DNA from: an uncultured Bacteroidia bacterium
Lineage (GTDB): Bacteria; Bacteroidota; Bacteroidia; Bacteroidales; CAJPTX01
DNA: 64,000 nt
Assembly: GCA_963543925.1 (NCBI GenBank)
Contig: CAUUCP010000003.1
Location: forward strand, 13,763-77,762
Direction of reading: 5' to 3'
Shown piece by piece: positions 46,674 to 56,313 of this stretch. Both the position numbers and the translations under genes were made by a program. Every line of letters starts with the position of its first letter. The first letter of the stretch is position 1. The notes under the pieces were generated by a model. The model was not told the DNA's origin, searched no databases, and saw only the letters and a list, made by a program, of their open reading frames with translations.

Positions 46674-47501
46674 TTATTCTTCGCCAGCGGCGACTATTTT
46701 TTTTTGTTTTGCTTCGTCAGAACCAAACACCTTCTTTATAATATCAGAAGCATATCCGAGGGGATTGTCACGAATTTTCTTTTCCTCGCCCCGCATCAGT
46801 ACGAACATGCCATGGATGGTTCGATCGGTCACGTAGGTAGGGAGGTCGACTTCGAGCTTATCTGGCAAATCCGAGACACTGGCTCTTGATGTTAAGAAGG
46901 GTTTGACGAGTGGCATGGCTCTGTTGTAAACAGAAGCGAGTTCCTTGTAATATTTTGTCACCTCAACTTGCTCTATCATTTTGGCGCACTCTGGCTGGAA
47001 GGCTTTCATCAAGCCAGCAGTAGTTTTTTCACGGAGATAGTGTGTAGCGGCCGTATCTCCGCCTTGAAGGATTCCGAGCCCGTCGGAAATAGACATATCG
47101 GTAATAGCGGTCTTAAAGACGGGGAAGGCCTTTCCCGAGGCGGCTTCTGCGGCACGATTGAGGGACGTGGTAAAATCATCGACCTTAGTGGAAATCGAGC
47201 TATAAAGCCCCTCTCCTAGAAAAGGGACTCGCTTTACATTTTTCATAACCGTAAGGACAGGTTGTAGCTCCTTTGGGAGGGCTAAGCGAATCAGCTCATT
47301 TTTCAGAAATCCATCGACGGCGCTTCCCGTCTTGGAAGAAGAGAGCGCGGCGGTGTCAAGGGCTTCACGCAAACCAGCAACAATATCACTATTGCTTAGC
47401 CCCTGCAGGGACTTGAGATCTACCTTTTCACAGCCGATGTGCAGAGAGGTAAAAAGCGTGAGTAACCCCAATGCGAGGATGAGCGTTACGCGATTCTTCA
47501 T
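46674..47501 (-). CDS. DUF4197-like lipoprotein
   Basis: The 275 aa ORF has the lipobox SLHIGC. The segment SNSDIVAGLREAL......S....GSAVDGFLKNELIRL.LP matches my recall of the DUF4197 family. Confidence 0.6.
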   Translation of the reverse strand: MKNRVTLILALGLLTLFTSLHIGCEKVDLKSLQGLSNSDIVAGLREALDTAALSSSKTGSAVDGFLKNELIRLALPKELQPVLTVMKNVKRVPFLGEGLYSSISTKVDDFTTSLNRAAEAASGKAFPVFKTAITDMSISDGLGILQGGDTAATHYLREKTTAGLMKAFQPECAKMIEQVEVTKYYKELASVYNRAMPLVKPFLTSRASVSDLPDKLEVDLPTYVTDRTIHGMFVLMRGEEKKIRDNPLGYASDIIKKVFGSDEAKQKKIVAAGEE

Positions 47502-47639
47502 AGAACGAGCAGTTAATAAATTCTTTTGATAAAGTGAGGAGCAAATCTAATGCCATAAAAAACAGAACCCCGACTCTCTGTCGACGCAAATAGCGCAACG
47601 CCCTACCCTACAGGATGTATAAGGGGGCGGGAGTTCCCA

Positions 47640-49808
47640 CTACATCAATTGTCGTGTGATATACTCCCACATGCGCTCGTAGAGGTGGAGCGTGGCTCCC
47701 CCGCCATAGATACCATGGTTACGATCTGGGTAGAGTTGCATTTCAAAGGCTTTTTCCTCCGCGATGAGCTTTTCTGTCAAGCGCATGGCATGCTGTATGT
47801 GTACATTATCGTCAAAGGTTCCATGCATGAGGAGGAGTCCTTCCTTAAAAAGGGAAGTGAAATGGAGCGGGGAATTGTCGTCATATCCCTTGGCATTGGT
47901 AGCGGGCAAGCCCATAAATCGCTCGGTATAGATGGAATCATAGAATCGCCAATTGGTGACAGGGGCGACCGCCACACACATTTTGTAGAGATCTCCAGCG
48001 CGGAATTTGCACAAGAGCGACATATATCCCCCGAAACTCCACCCCCAGATACCGATACGCTTTTCGTCGACGAAGGAGAGACTTGCCATATACTCGGCAG
48101 CTGCGATTTGGTCTTTAGATTCCAAGTTTCCTAGTTGTCCATAGGTACACTTTCTGAAGGCAGCTCCACGTCCGCCTGTGCCACGTCCATCGACACAGAC
48201 GACGATACAACCACGACTTGCTAGGAACTCATCCCACCCGAGACGCCATCGGTCGAGGACGGACTGTGAATTAGGTCCAGAGTATTGGTACATCATCGTG
48301 GGGTAGACCATCATGCTATCAAAACCGATGGGGAGAACCATGTAACCGTTGAGTGTAGTACCGTCAGGTGTTTGAAAAGTAAAGAACCTTTTTTCAGGCA
48401 GCTGATACTCTCGCAATTTATTTTGCAACGCCTTATTATCCTCCAAGAGGCGTAGTTGTTTTCCATCAATACTGTGCAGTGATATCTGTGGTACAGCCTG
48501 CATACTGCTGTAAGTCTGTATGTAATAGGTGAGTGTACTATTAAACCAGGCACTATTCGTTCCCCGTAAGTGCGACATACGCACTTTCTTCGATCCGTCC
48601 AGTTTCACACTAAAAATCGCGGTACGCAATGGGGACTCGTCATAAGCTCGGTAATAGAGCCGATCGGTCTTTGGGGAATAACCATAGACCTCGAGGATCT
48701 CGTCTTCTCCAGTAGTGATGGGTTGTGGGGGAATTTTAGACTCCCAATCGCAAAGATAAAGTTGTCGATAGCCAGAGCGCTCGCTCGGTATAATAAAACG
48801 TTTACCATCAGGGAGGAAGGTGAGATACCAATCGGTGGGTTCTTCGATATAACAAGCGTCCTTTTCTTCGAGCACGAGACGCGAGACTCCGGTTTCAGGA
48901 TTGGCTTCGAGGATCTCGAGATGATTCTGCAACCGATTTTCGCGTAAATAACAGAGCGCTCCGCTCGGCGACCAACGGACACGTGGTAGATACTGATCGG
49001 TCTCGTCTCCAGTCTGTACACGCACCGTCTTGTGGAGCTTGGCGTCATAGACGTGCAAGGAGACTACGGAGTTCTGCTCTCCCGCCTTCGGATATTTGTA
49101 GCGATAGACTTGAGGGTAGAGGGTAGAGTCGTAATACAACATGCTATACTCTCTGACATTCCGTTCGTCAAAACGCAGATAGGCGATGTATCTGGAATCT
49201 GGCGACCACCACAGGGCCGTCGCCATGGCAAACTCTTCTTCGTAGACCCAGTCAGCGGCACCGTTAATCACTTGATTACGTTGTCCGTCTGTAGTAACTT
49301 GTATTTCTGTATCGGAGGGGAGGTCGTAGTAGAAGAGGTTGTTGTCTCTTAAGAATGCGATTTTCGAACCATCTGGGGCGAATGTTGCCAGACGCTCTTT
49401 CCCTGATGTGGAAAGGGGTCGCAACTTGGCACTTTTGAGGTCATAGATCCAGAAATTGGCGAAATAGCTACGCCGATAGATCGGCTGCCGTTTCGTTTCC
49501 AGCAGTAAGTAACGCTCGTCTGCGCTCAATGCATAGGCTTCGACCTTCCGTAGAGAATCTGGGAGTTGGTCAAATGGGAGCATGACCCCGAGTTCTTTTC
49601 CCGTAGCGAAACTGAAGGTAATAATCCCTCTTTGTGGTTCTAGGGTCGTGTAGCGTTTTCCGTCCTTCAAGCCATAGGGGTAAGAGACCGAGGCGGGCGT
49701 AAAGCTTTTTTCCTGACCATAGAGTTCCTGCAAGGAGAGCTCTCGCAACTGCGCTTGTGCCATTGCGACGATGATAGACAATAATGCAACTAGAGTCCAG
49801 CGTAACAT
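47640..49808 (-). CDS. S9B-family serine peptidase, dipeptidyl-peptidase IV-like
   Basis: The 722 aa ORF has a signal peptide and an N-terminal DPPIV beta-propeller region (WSPD...IAYLRFDE). The catalytic Ser motif is GWSFGGYM, with the C-terminal Asp/His region GTFDDNVH. Confidence 0.85.
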   Translation of the reverse strand: MLRWTLVALLSIIVAMAQAQLRELSLQELYGQEKSFTPASVSYPYGLKDGKRYTTLEPQRGIITFSFATGKELGVMLPFDQLPDSLRKVEAYALSADERYLLLETKRQPIYRRSYFANFWIYDLKSAKLRPLSTSGKERLATFAPDGSKIAFLRDNNLFYYDLPSDTEIQVTTDGQRNQVINGAADWVYEEEFAMATALWWSPDSRYIAYLRFDERNVREYSMLYYDSTLYPQVYRYKYPKAGEQNSVVSLHVYDAKLHKTVRVQTGDETDQYLPRVRWSPSGALCYLRENRLQNHLEILEANPETGVSRLVLEEKDACYIEEPTDWYLTFLPDGKRFIIPSERSGYRQLYLCDWESKIPPQPITTGEDEILEVYGYSPKTDRLYYRAYDESPLRTAIFSVKLDGSKKVRMSHLRGTNSAWFNSTLTYYIQTYSSMQAVPQISLHSIDGKQLRLLEDNKALQNKLREYQLPEKRFFTFQTPDGTTLNGYMVLPIGFDSMMVYPTMMYQYSGPNSQSVLDRWRLGWDEFLASRGCIVVCVDGRGTGGRGAAFRKCTYGQLGNLESKDQIAAAEYMASLSFVDEKRIGIWGWSFGGYMSLLCKFRAGDLYKMCVAVAPVTNWRFYDSIYTERFMGLPATNAKGYDDNSPLHFTSLFKEGLLLMHGTFDDNVHIQHAMRLTEKLIAEEKAFEMQLYPDRNHGIYGGGATLHLYERMWEYITRQLM

Positions 49809-49832
49809 ACGACGATCCTCCTCTCTGCTTTG

Positions 49833-50233
49833 TGGAGCTGGCGGGAATCGAACCCGCGTCCAAACAAGGAATACCGATGCTTTCTACATGCTTAGCCTCC
49901 GGTTGGTTGTTGAGTAGGCAACGGACGGAGACACCCAATACCTACCCTAGTTCCTAAATTTTCGGGACATGTTCGGAACGTCCATGCGCCTATTCCTGTA
50001 TTTCCAGTGCCTCGAGCCGGGACGCAACAGGACTAGTGCTTCCCGTGAGACATCTCGTCTACACCACTCGTGGGCGCAGATTAAGCTTTATTAGACAAGG
50101 CTAATTAAGCAGCGAGAGCAAAAGAATTTTCGCCATTTAATTGGTTCGCACATTTTGTTTAACGAGCACTCCGTGCAACGCTCGACATGCTTACAACGCC
50201 ATTCTACCTGCTGTCAAAACCAAAGTCAGCCCC
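49833..50233 (-). ncRNA. ssrA: tmRNA (SsrA), about 401 nt
   Basis: The 5' end GGGGCTGACTTTGGTTTTGACAGC pairs with the 3' end ...GCGGGTTCGATTCCCGCCAGCTCCA, giving an acceptor stem with a G3:U pair and a T-arm. The internal tag reading frame GGC GAA AAT TCT TTT GCT CTC GCT GCT TAA encodes GENSFALAA-stop (50105-50134). CCA is not fully encoded. Confidence 0.9.
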
Positions 50234-50267
50234 CGATAGAAATCATCTCCCTCCTCAATCTACTCTA

Positions 50268-50275
50268 CAAAGGTA
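50268..50275 (-). promoter_or_regulatory. Candidate -7 element (TAnnTTTG) for ssrA
   Basis: The minus strand reads TACCTTTG about 34 nt upstream of the mature tmRNA 5' end. Confidence 0.4.
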
Positions 50276-50367
50276 GAATGAAAACGCGGGAAAAGCAAAT
50301 CATCACCACAAAACACGGTCGAGTCCTAGTAGGGGATTCTCAGTCAAGCTTCTAAGCGACCTTTTTT

Positions 50368-50913
50368 CTAAACCCCTCCCCCCTCGGCTATCTTTTCCCA
50401 TTTCGATAGCCACTCTTTCACCTCGACAAGCCCTCCCGCATATCCGCCTAGCGCGCCATGGCTACCGAAGACACGGTGACAGGGAATAAAAAGCAACATG
50501 CTATTGGCTCCACAGGCATTGGCGACGGCTCTGGCCGCTGTGGAGTATCCTATACTTTTTGCGAGATCGCCGTAAGAGCGCATTTGTCCGAAGGGAATCT
50601 GTAAGAGCGCCTGCCACACCAGACGTTGGAAAGGAGTACCTTGTACCAGCATAGGGATATCAAAAACCTGGCGTCGCCCTGCAAAATAGTCCTCCAATTG
50701 CTGCATGGCTTGCATCAAGACCTCGTTTTTCCCGACCTCTATTTCTGCCGATAAGCGACGTTGTAGAATCCCGATGTGGGATTGCTGTTTAGGCGACGCT
50801 TGCCAGTCACACAAACAGAGCTTTCTGGCAGTTGCTCCCAAGAGTAAGCTACCGCATGGGGTAGAATAGGTAGTGGTGAGAATGATCCGATCCTGTTCCG
50901 TGGTCGTGTTCAT
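50368..50913 (-). CDS. ogt: Methylated-DNA--protein-cysteine methyltransferase
   Basis: The 181 aa ORF has the active-site motif IPCHRV and the DNA-binding region TPFQRLVWQALLQIPFGQMRSYGDLA. Confidence 0.9.
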   Translation of the reverse strand: MNTTTEQDRIILTTTYSTPCGSLLLGATARKLCLCDWQASPKQQSHIGILQRRLSAEIEVGKNEVLMQAMQQLEDYFAGRRQVFDIPMLVQGTPFQRLVWQALLQIPFGQMRSYGDLAKSIGYSTAARAVANACGANSMLLFIPCHRVFGSHGALGGYAGGLVEVKEWLSKWEKIAEGGGV

Positions 50914-51060
50914 GGAACTACCTAATTGAAGAAAAACGAATTCAAGCGGGAGTCCATGTCACTAAAATCAACTATCCGCGGTAGGTCACGCCTTTGCCCT
51001 GCATGTGGACTCTTTCCCTATATAAAAGAAGTAAAAAGGCGCACGAGATAACGACAAGAA

Positions 51061-51100
51061 AAAAGGTAGAAACCTTGACAATGTCATTGTTTCTACCTTT
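51061..51100 (-). terminator. Rho-independent terminator after tRNA-Asp
   Basis: On the minus strand the stem aggtagaaac / gtttctacct (10 bp) has a 15-nt loop and is followed by TTTT. Confidence 0.55.
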
Positions 51101-51103
51101 TTG

Positions 51104-51177
51104 CGGTCTGGACGAGACTCGAACTCGCGACCTCCGCCGTGACAGGGCGGCATTCTAACCAACTGAACTACCAGACC
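51104..51177 (-). tRNA. tRNA-Asp (anticodon GTC), 74 nt
   Basis: The sequence is GGTCTGGTAGTTCAGTTGGTTAGAATGCCGCCCTGTCACGGCGGAGGTCGCGAGTTCGAGTCTCGTCCAGACCG. It has a 7-bp acceptor stem, the anticodon stem-loop CCGCC/CTGTCAC/GGCGG, and the T-loop TTCGAGT. Confidence 0.95.
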
Positions 51178-51231
51178 TTGTTTTGTCTTTGGGTTTTGCC
51201 TCTTGGCTTTTCCTTCCCCCCTTTGACGACA

Positions 51232-51239
51232 CAAAGGTA
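51232..51239 (-). promoter_or_regulatory. Candidate -7 element (TAnnTTTG) for tRNA-Asp
   Basis: The minus strand reads TACCTTTG about 55 nt upstream of the tRNA 5' end. Confidence 0.35.
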
Positions 51240-51294
51240 TAACGTTTTTTCTTATCCACCAAATCTTGTAGAGAAAAAAATCTTTTACAGTACT

Positions 51295-51945
51295 CTAATA
51301 GAGCACCGCAGGGGGCGAGACCATGCCGACCATCTTGACCCAAGGCTCTTGGGCTAGAAGCTTTAGTTGTTCGGGAGAGACCCATAACTCAAAGTTACAG
51401 AAAGGTTTACCTGCGACATGCAACTCCTGTTCAAATCCCAACTCTTTCAAACGTGCGGTGACCCATGTTGTTGAAAAATATTCCTGGTATACGACAGAAA
51501 TTCCTATTGTCGTGCCACGCCGTGCGAATTCTGGTACATTTTCGGAGAGTAGTGGAGCGGCCACTTTCCACTCCCATTGAATGGGAAATAAGGAGATGAG
51601 ATTTTTCTCTTTTATACACTTTTTGAGTCGCTCTTGGCGTAGCGTGACGAAATAAGTATTCTGAGCGATGTAATCCCCGAGGTGCAATCCCGCCTCAGCC
51701 AGTCGTTGCTGCGCGGTAGCATCTGGGATTTCCTTAAACTGCGCCATGAGGTAATAGACCCCATTGAAGGGTTGTCCGAGTGCAGCGATTGCTTTTTTAC
51801 GCCCCCATCGGAGTTTACACATATTATCTGGCGGGGTGATATGATAGTTTCCCAAATCAAAGGGCACCTGTGCGTAGAGCGAGCTTGAGACGAATAGGAG
51901 GATACTTCCCAACAAGAGTGTTTGAAAAAGGTGTCTGGCTCTCAT
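51295..51945 (-). CDS. Hypothetical secreted protein (last gene of the 56.2-51.3 kb cluster)
   Basis: The start is trimmed to the ATG at 51945 (MRARHLFQTLLLGSILLFVSSSLYAQ, a signal peptide), giving about 216 aa. I do not recognise a family. Confidence 0.5.
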   Translation of the reverse strand: MRARHLFQTLLLGSILLFVSSSLYAQVPFDLGNYHITPPDNMCKLRWGRKKAIAALGQPFNGVYYLMAQFKEIPDATAQQRLAEAGLHLGDYIAQNTYFVTLRQERLKKCIKEKNLISLFPIQWEWKVAAPLLSENVPEFARRGTTIGISVVYQEYFSTTWVTARLKELGFEQELHVAGKPFCNFELWVSPEQLKLLAQEPWVKMVGMVSPPAVLY

Positions 51946-52082
51946 TCTTACTTGAAATTTTGTAACAAAGATAATAGAGATCTCCCAAGCCCCCTCGCTC
52001 CGCCTTTCTAAAAGAGATGCTGGGATGCAGCGACTCGGCCACATCCCAGCAAAAAGATCTCTTTCTATAAGATTGCCCCTGT

Positions 52083-53897
52083 TTAATCTTCGAACAAGAA
52101 GATATTTTCACGTTCTAGTGTAACATCTCCCCATATACCGCTGGGGAATGATATCTTAATCTTGACTGGCAATTTATGCATATGCCATCCTGTAGGTGCA
52201 GGTGAAAGTTTAGTGATCTTGTGTTTGAACTCGTCAGGTTTCACCAAGGTGAGACGAATCATCGGGGTTCCATGATGTTCATCAATCTTTCTTTCGAGCT
52301 TAAAGAACTCGGCGTATTCGCCCTCCATGGAAGGCGTCCATTCGGTATTGATGAGGAAATCTTCGACACTCATACTATCCGTTACTTGAGGACCTCCTTC
52401 AAAGGAGCCATCTAGCCTCCGTTTTCGATATCCTTTGAGCACCTCGTCGATATAGGTATCTTTGAACGTAAATGTGGAGTCTCCTACGGAGGTTGCGTTT
52501 TGAAAGAAATCGAGTTTCAATTTATCCTCGCGTACCATTTTCAAGTTCTCTGGGATCGAGAATTCAACCTCTTGATTCTTGACAAGGTTAGTGGTAGTGA
52601 TTTTGAGTTTTCCTTTTGGGAAGACAAAATCTGGAGTGAGCTTGTAGCCTGGCGCGAGCATGACGCCCTCTCTCTCGACGACTCCGTCGGCAGTGGTGAT
52701 AAAAGTCCCAGCCTTGACAAAGTCAGAGAGTTTACGCGTGTCTGTCGGATCGTCCACGACCTGAATTTTGAAATAGATCTTATCGTTTGGCGAGGTTTCC
52801 GACTTCAAGATAGGCGCACGCCAGCGTATGAGGTTCGTAAATCCGAAAGTATTTTCCTCAGGGGTGTATGCATAGGATGCTGGCCATGGCCAGTTCACCT
52901 TGAGTTTTTCGGTAGTGGGGACGTCGACGAGTTTTTTCAACACATCGTCTTCTCTATTCGGAGTTTCGATACGCCCCTCGCCCGTGATATTCATGACAAC
53001 CTTGTCGTTAGCACAACGGTCACGGAACTGGAATGTGCTTCCGAGGTCGCACTTATCGATCGTGAAATAGGTTTCTCTTTCGGAGATCTGGAAGAGCTTA
53101 TTGGCAGGTTCTGTGGTAGGATCTTGACCGCGGAAGCTATTGCGCGTCATGACAGCGAATCCGCCGCGGGGACGTCGCGTCTGTTCCCCTTCGGGGTCTA
53201 CAAAAACTCTAAACGCCCCATCGTTGATAGCAAAACGTTCTGTCCAAGCATAGGTTGGTTTTTCAGCACGAGTAGACATCTTGAAGGAGCGGACGGCGAA
53301 CCCTCCACGTGGTCGACGCGTTTCATCAGACATCGGCACATTGATAGTCACGGCTTCGTCATATACGGAGAATAGGGGTAATCCTTCGCTGCTCTGTACT
53401 TGGAAGATCGGACGTCCTGCTTCGCGCCCCTCCTTGGTACCACGTATCACGGGTACGGCACGCGCATAGAGAGCATAGGGTACAGCCTGCATTTTGACTG
53501 CTGGACCGAGGGAGACAAAGTCACTAGCGCCCGCCAAACGGACGGCTGCAGCGACGTAGATTCCCTTTTCCCAAGGCACTACGCTCATTGAGCCCTTGGT
53601 TACCGTAGCCCCCTCGGTACCGACGGTGATATTGACCAATCCGGACTTTGCGGTCTTTACGGTGAGTTCCTCGGTATAGTAGACGTTCTGTGCCTCGTCC
53701 TGCAAGGTTACTTGTAGGGTAACGTCTTTCTCTTGTACAGGCTTTCCTTCCTGATAGATCAAGGCTTGATAGTTAAAGGAGGTCGGGAGTGCATTTTTTG
53801 CAACGACATCGCCCAGCAGTTCCTCCTGCGTATTCTCCTGCGCTTGCGCAAAGAGGGCAAGCAGAGAAAGTGACAAAAACAATATAGGGTGTTTCAT
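52083..53897 (-). CDS. Hypothetical secreted protein, paralog 2 (two TRRPRGGFAV motifs)
   Basis: The 604 aa ORF has the signal peptide MKHPILFLSLSLLALFAQAQ. Its N-terminal ~300 aa are collinear with the 53930-55669 product: ELLGDVV..ALPT.FNYQALI, PVIRGT, PIFQVQ..GLP.FSVY and TRRPRGGFAV twice. Confidence 0.6.
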   Translation of the reverse strand: MKHPILFLSLSLLALFAQAQENTQEELLGDVVAKNALPTSFNYQALIYQEGKPVQEKDVTLQVTLQDEAQNVYYTEELTVKTAKSGLVNITVGTEGATVTKGSMSVVPWEKGIYVAAAVRLAGASDFVSLGPAVKMQAVPYALYARAVPVIRGTKEGREAGRPIFQVQSSEGLPLFSVYDEAVTINVPMSDETRRPRGGFAVRSFKMSTRAEKPTYAWTERFAINDGAFRVFVDPEGEQTRRPRGGFAVMTRNSFRGQDPTTEPANKLFQISERETYFTIDKCDLGSTFQFRDRCANDKVVMNITGEGRIETPNREDDVLKKLVDVPTTEKLKVNWPWPASYAYTPEENTFGFTNLIRWRAPILKSETSPNDKIYFKIQVVDDPTDTRKLSDFVKAGTFITTADGVVEREGVMLAPGYKLTPDFVFPKGKLKITTTNLVKNQEVEFSIPENLKMVREDKLKLDFFQNATSVGDSTFTFKDTYIDEVLKGYRKRRLDGSFEGGPQVTDSMSVEDFLINTEWTPSMEGEYAEFFKLERKIDEHHGTPMIRLTLVKPDEFKHKITKLSPAPTGWHMHKLPVKIKISFPSGIWGDVTLERENIFLFED

Positions 53898-53929
53898 ATT
53901 TCCGGTTTATTCTGATTTTCAACTAAAGA

Positions 53930-55669
53930 CTACTGTTTTACCATGATATTCAACAGGAAATCGTAGTAAATATTTCCATTAGGCCCCTTAGCCAAAACTC
54001 CCTCAGGCGCGATGATACGAATAGGGACAGAGACTATCGCAGCACCTCCGGAGAAAGAACCTAATGCCTCTTCAAACTTCTTTGGGTCTAGGACACGGAT
54101 GCCCACTTTATCGCCCTTGAGAGTCAAGGCAATCGCCTCGTCCATAACGGCGACGGAACTGGGATTTTCGTTAGGGAGGAGCTCACTCTTCGTTCTGGGC
54201 CGGATCGTAAGGGTCTGGTTATTCAGGAACTCCGAATAACGGGTGATAATAGTCCCCTTTTTATACAAACATTCCAGATCCGCAAATATCTCTTTATCCG
54301 ACAGATTCATAGTCACTCGGTTTATCTGGAAATGGATCGTATCTTCTACCCTTTTGTAGACGAAATCTTCGGTCTTTGTCAAGTTCTTGTTCGCCAATCC
54401 AGTGATCTTGATCTTCCCCTGTGGTAGCGAGAAGTTTGTACCGTGCGCATCTATGCCTGGCTTGAGCATCAAGCCATAGACCTTTTGGTTATGGTCTCCG
54501 ATATAAAATCCAGGAACAACGTAATCGGAGAGCTTTCCGCCATCGCCATCAATAATCTCTAATTTGTAGGATATCTTACTGTTGTCCACCATGACAACCG
54601 GAGCACGCCAACGCATAAATGTAGAGAAGAAGAGATCACTCCCCGTAACCGCCGACGGGTTATCGGTCACAGGCCAATTCACCGAGAGTTGCTTTCCTGG
54701 GGTATTATCGACCTTGACGATTGCGTCATTCTTTTCCTGCTTGGTTGCGATCTTCCCATCGCTCGCGAAAGCGAGTACGACCTCGTTCGCATCGCAACGG
54801 TTTCGGATCTCGAAGGCATTGGTAGGGTCTTCTTTATCGAGCGTGAAGAAGGTTTCACGTTCAGATAGGTTCATCAATACCACGGAGTCTTTTCCATCGC
54901 CCTCTCCGCGGAAATGGTTACGCGTCATGACAGCAAATCCGCCTCGTGGTCGTCTTGTCTGATCATCGGGATCGATGTATGCTTTAAAAGCACCATCTAC
55001 CAGCTGGAGACGATCGACGCTTTCGTACTTCTTGGCATCGCCTCTCATTCCTTCGGCACGGAAAGAGCGGACAGCAAATCCGCCACGCGGACGTCGCGTG
55101 CCTTCTTCGTCCTCCGCGACATTGATAGAAACGGCATCTTCATAGACGGAGAAGACGGGCAAGCCGTCGGCATTCTGCACTTGGAAGATGGGTTGCTCTT
55201 TGTCTAATCCTGTTCCGCGAATGACGGGGGCAGAGAGAGCACACTGCGCATAGGGGGCTGCCATCATCTTTACGGGAGCTCCGAGGGACTTGTAACCAGC
55301 TCCGAAATCGGTTTCGATGGCAATGAAGATACCCTTATCCCAAGCGACATCGGGCAGCGTGCCAAAGAGTGGCGTACCCGCGCCGACCTGCAAGTCGACA
55401 AGCCCTGTGGCGGAGGTTTTAGCGTTATGCTCTTCGGAGAAATAGACCTTGTTTTCGTCCCTGAGCGTTATTTTAATCTTGAGTTCCTTTTCCTTCACCA
55501 CAACGCCTTTTTCGGTAATCAGGGCTTGGTAGTTAAAGGTTGTCGGGAGTGCGTGCGATACGACAACATCTCCCAAGAGTTCTTCGGGTTGATTCGTGGG
55601 GGGCGTTTGCGCATGAGCTGCCATGAGCCCACACGAGATGGCCGCCATCATCCATAAAGACTTTTTCAT
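53930..55669 (-). CDS. Hypothetical secreted protein, paralog 1 (two TRRPRGGFAV motifs)
   Basis: The 579 aa ORF has the signal peptide MKKSLWMMAAISCGLMAAHAQ. Its N-terminal half is homologous to the 52083-53897 product, and the C-terminal halves diverge. Confidence 0.6.
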   Translation of the reverse strand: MKKSLWMMAAISCGLMAAHAQTPPTNQPEELLGDVVVSHALPTTFNYQALITEKGVVVKEKELKIKITLRDENKVYFSEEHNAKTSATGLVDLQVGAGTPLFGTLPDVAWDKGIFIAIETDFGAGYKSLGAPVKMMAAPYAQCALSAPVIRGTGLDKEQPIFQVQNADGLPVFSVYEDAVSINVAEDEEGTRRPRGGFAVRSFRAEGMRGDAKKYESVDRLQLVDGAFKAYIDPDDQTRRPRGGFAVMTRNHFRGEGDGKDSVVLMNLSERETFFTLDKEDPTNAFEIRNRCDANEVVLAFASDGKIATKQEKNDAIVKVDNTPGKQLSVNWPVTDNPSAVTGSDLFFSTFMRWRAPVVMVDNSKISYKLEIIDGDGGKLSDYVVPGFYIGDHNQKVYGLMLKPGIDAHGTNFSLPQGKIKITGLANKNLTKTEDFVYKRVEDTIHFQINRVTMNLSDKEIFADLECLYKKGTIITRYSEFLNNQTLTIRPRTKSELLPNENPSSVAVMDEAIALTLKGDKVGIRVLDPKKFEEALGSFSGGAAIVSVPIRIIAPEGVLAKGPNGNIYYDFLLNIMVKQ

Positions 55670-55700
55670 GATTCGAGTCTGTTATTTCTGTCCAAAGAGC

Positions 55701-56249
55701 TTATCGCTGTACAGTGAGGCGTGTTACGGCTAGGAGTCCTCCCTCGGGCCTTGTCACACGTACGATGTAAAGTCCATTGACAAGGTTGTCCACTGGGAGA
55801 CGCACAATAGCTTCAGCATCGGCAACGATGTGGGCGACACGCGCCCCGAGGGCGTTGAAGAGATCCACGTGTACGGAACCCTCTATCTTGCCGAGGTTTA
55901 GTTCGACGAACTCACGCGCAGGATTTGGGTAAGCAGTAATTTCGTAGAGCGTAGCGCTTTCTACGGCTCCTCCTGGATCAACGTTTGGTTTGGTATTATC
56001 GGCAGGGAGATCGACGAACCCACCGAGGGTTGTCCCCACGCCAGCGATGAGAGCAATCTTTCCATCGGCGCTGAGGATCTGCCCTCGGGAGAGTGTTCCA
56101 GACTCCCAGATGACCATGTAGTCATCCACAACGCCAACCCCAGTAGCTGGGAGGAAAGAGGGCTCTCCCAGACGCTCCTGTGCGGCCAGAGAGGTTGCCA
56201 ATGCTCCGAAAAGAGCAAGGAGCAGGATTGCTTTTTTCATGGTATTCAT
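55701..56249 (-). CDS. Small secreted protein with T9SS type A (Por) C-terminal sorting domain
   Basis: The 182 aa ORF has a signal peptide. The C-terminal ~80 aa, YPNPAREFVELNL....VHVDLFNALGARV....A.....LPVDNLVNGLYIVRVTRPEGGLLAVTRLTVQR, fit the T9SS CTD pattern. Confidence 0.75.
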   Translation of the reverse strand: MNTMKKAILLLALFGALATSLAAQERLGEPSFLPATGVGVVDDYMVIWESGTLSRGQILSADGKIALIAGVGTTLGGFVDLPADNTKPNVDPGGAVESATLYEITAYPNPAREFVELNLGKIEGSVHVDLFNALGARVAHIVADAEAIVRLPVDNLVNGLYIVRVTRPEGGLLAVTRLTVQR

Positions 56250-56313
56250 TGTCGTGTTGATTACTTGTTTGTATACTACGGGTGTTCTCCAAGGGTTACA
56301 ATTCTAGTTGACA

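Noticed and set aside
50986-51385. ORFs of 72-82 aa overlapping tRNA-Asp and its flanks (50986-51234, 51139-51357, 51155-51385).
   Set aside because: They overlap a clear tRNA gene, its terminator and the 3' end of the 51295-51945 gene. No coding features are present.
52500-53375. A 291-aa plus-strand ORF.
   Set aside because: It is antisense to the 604-aa secreted paralog. That gene has a signal peptide and a homologous neighbour supporting the minus-strand frame. The plus-strand product has no features.
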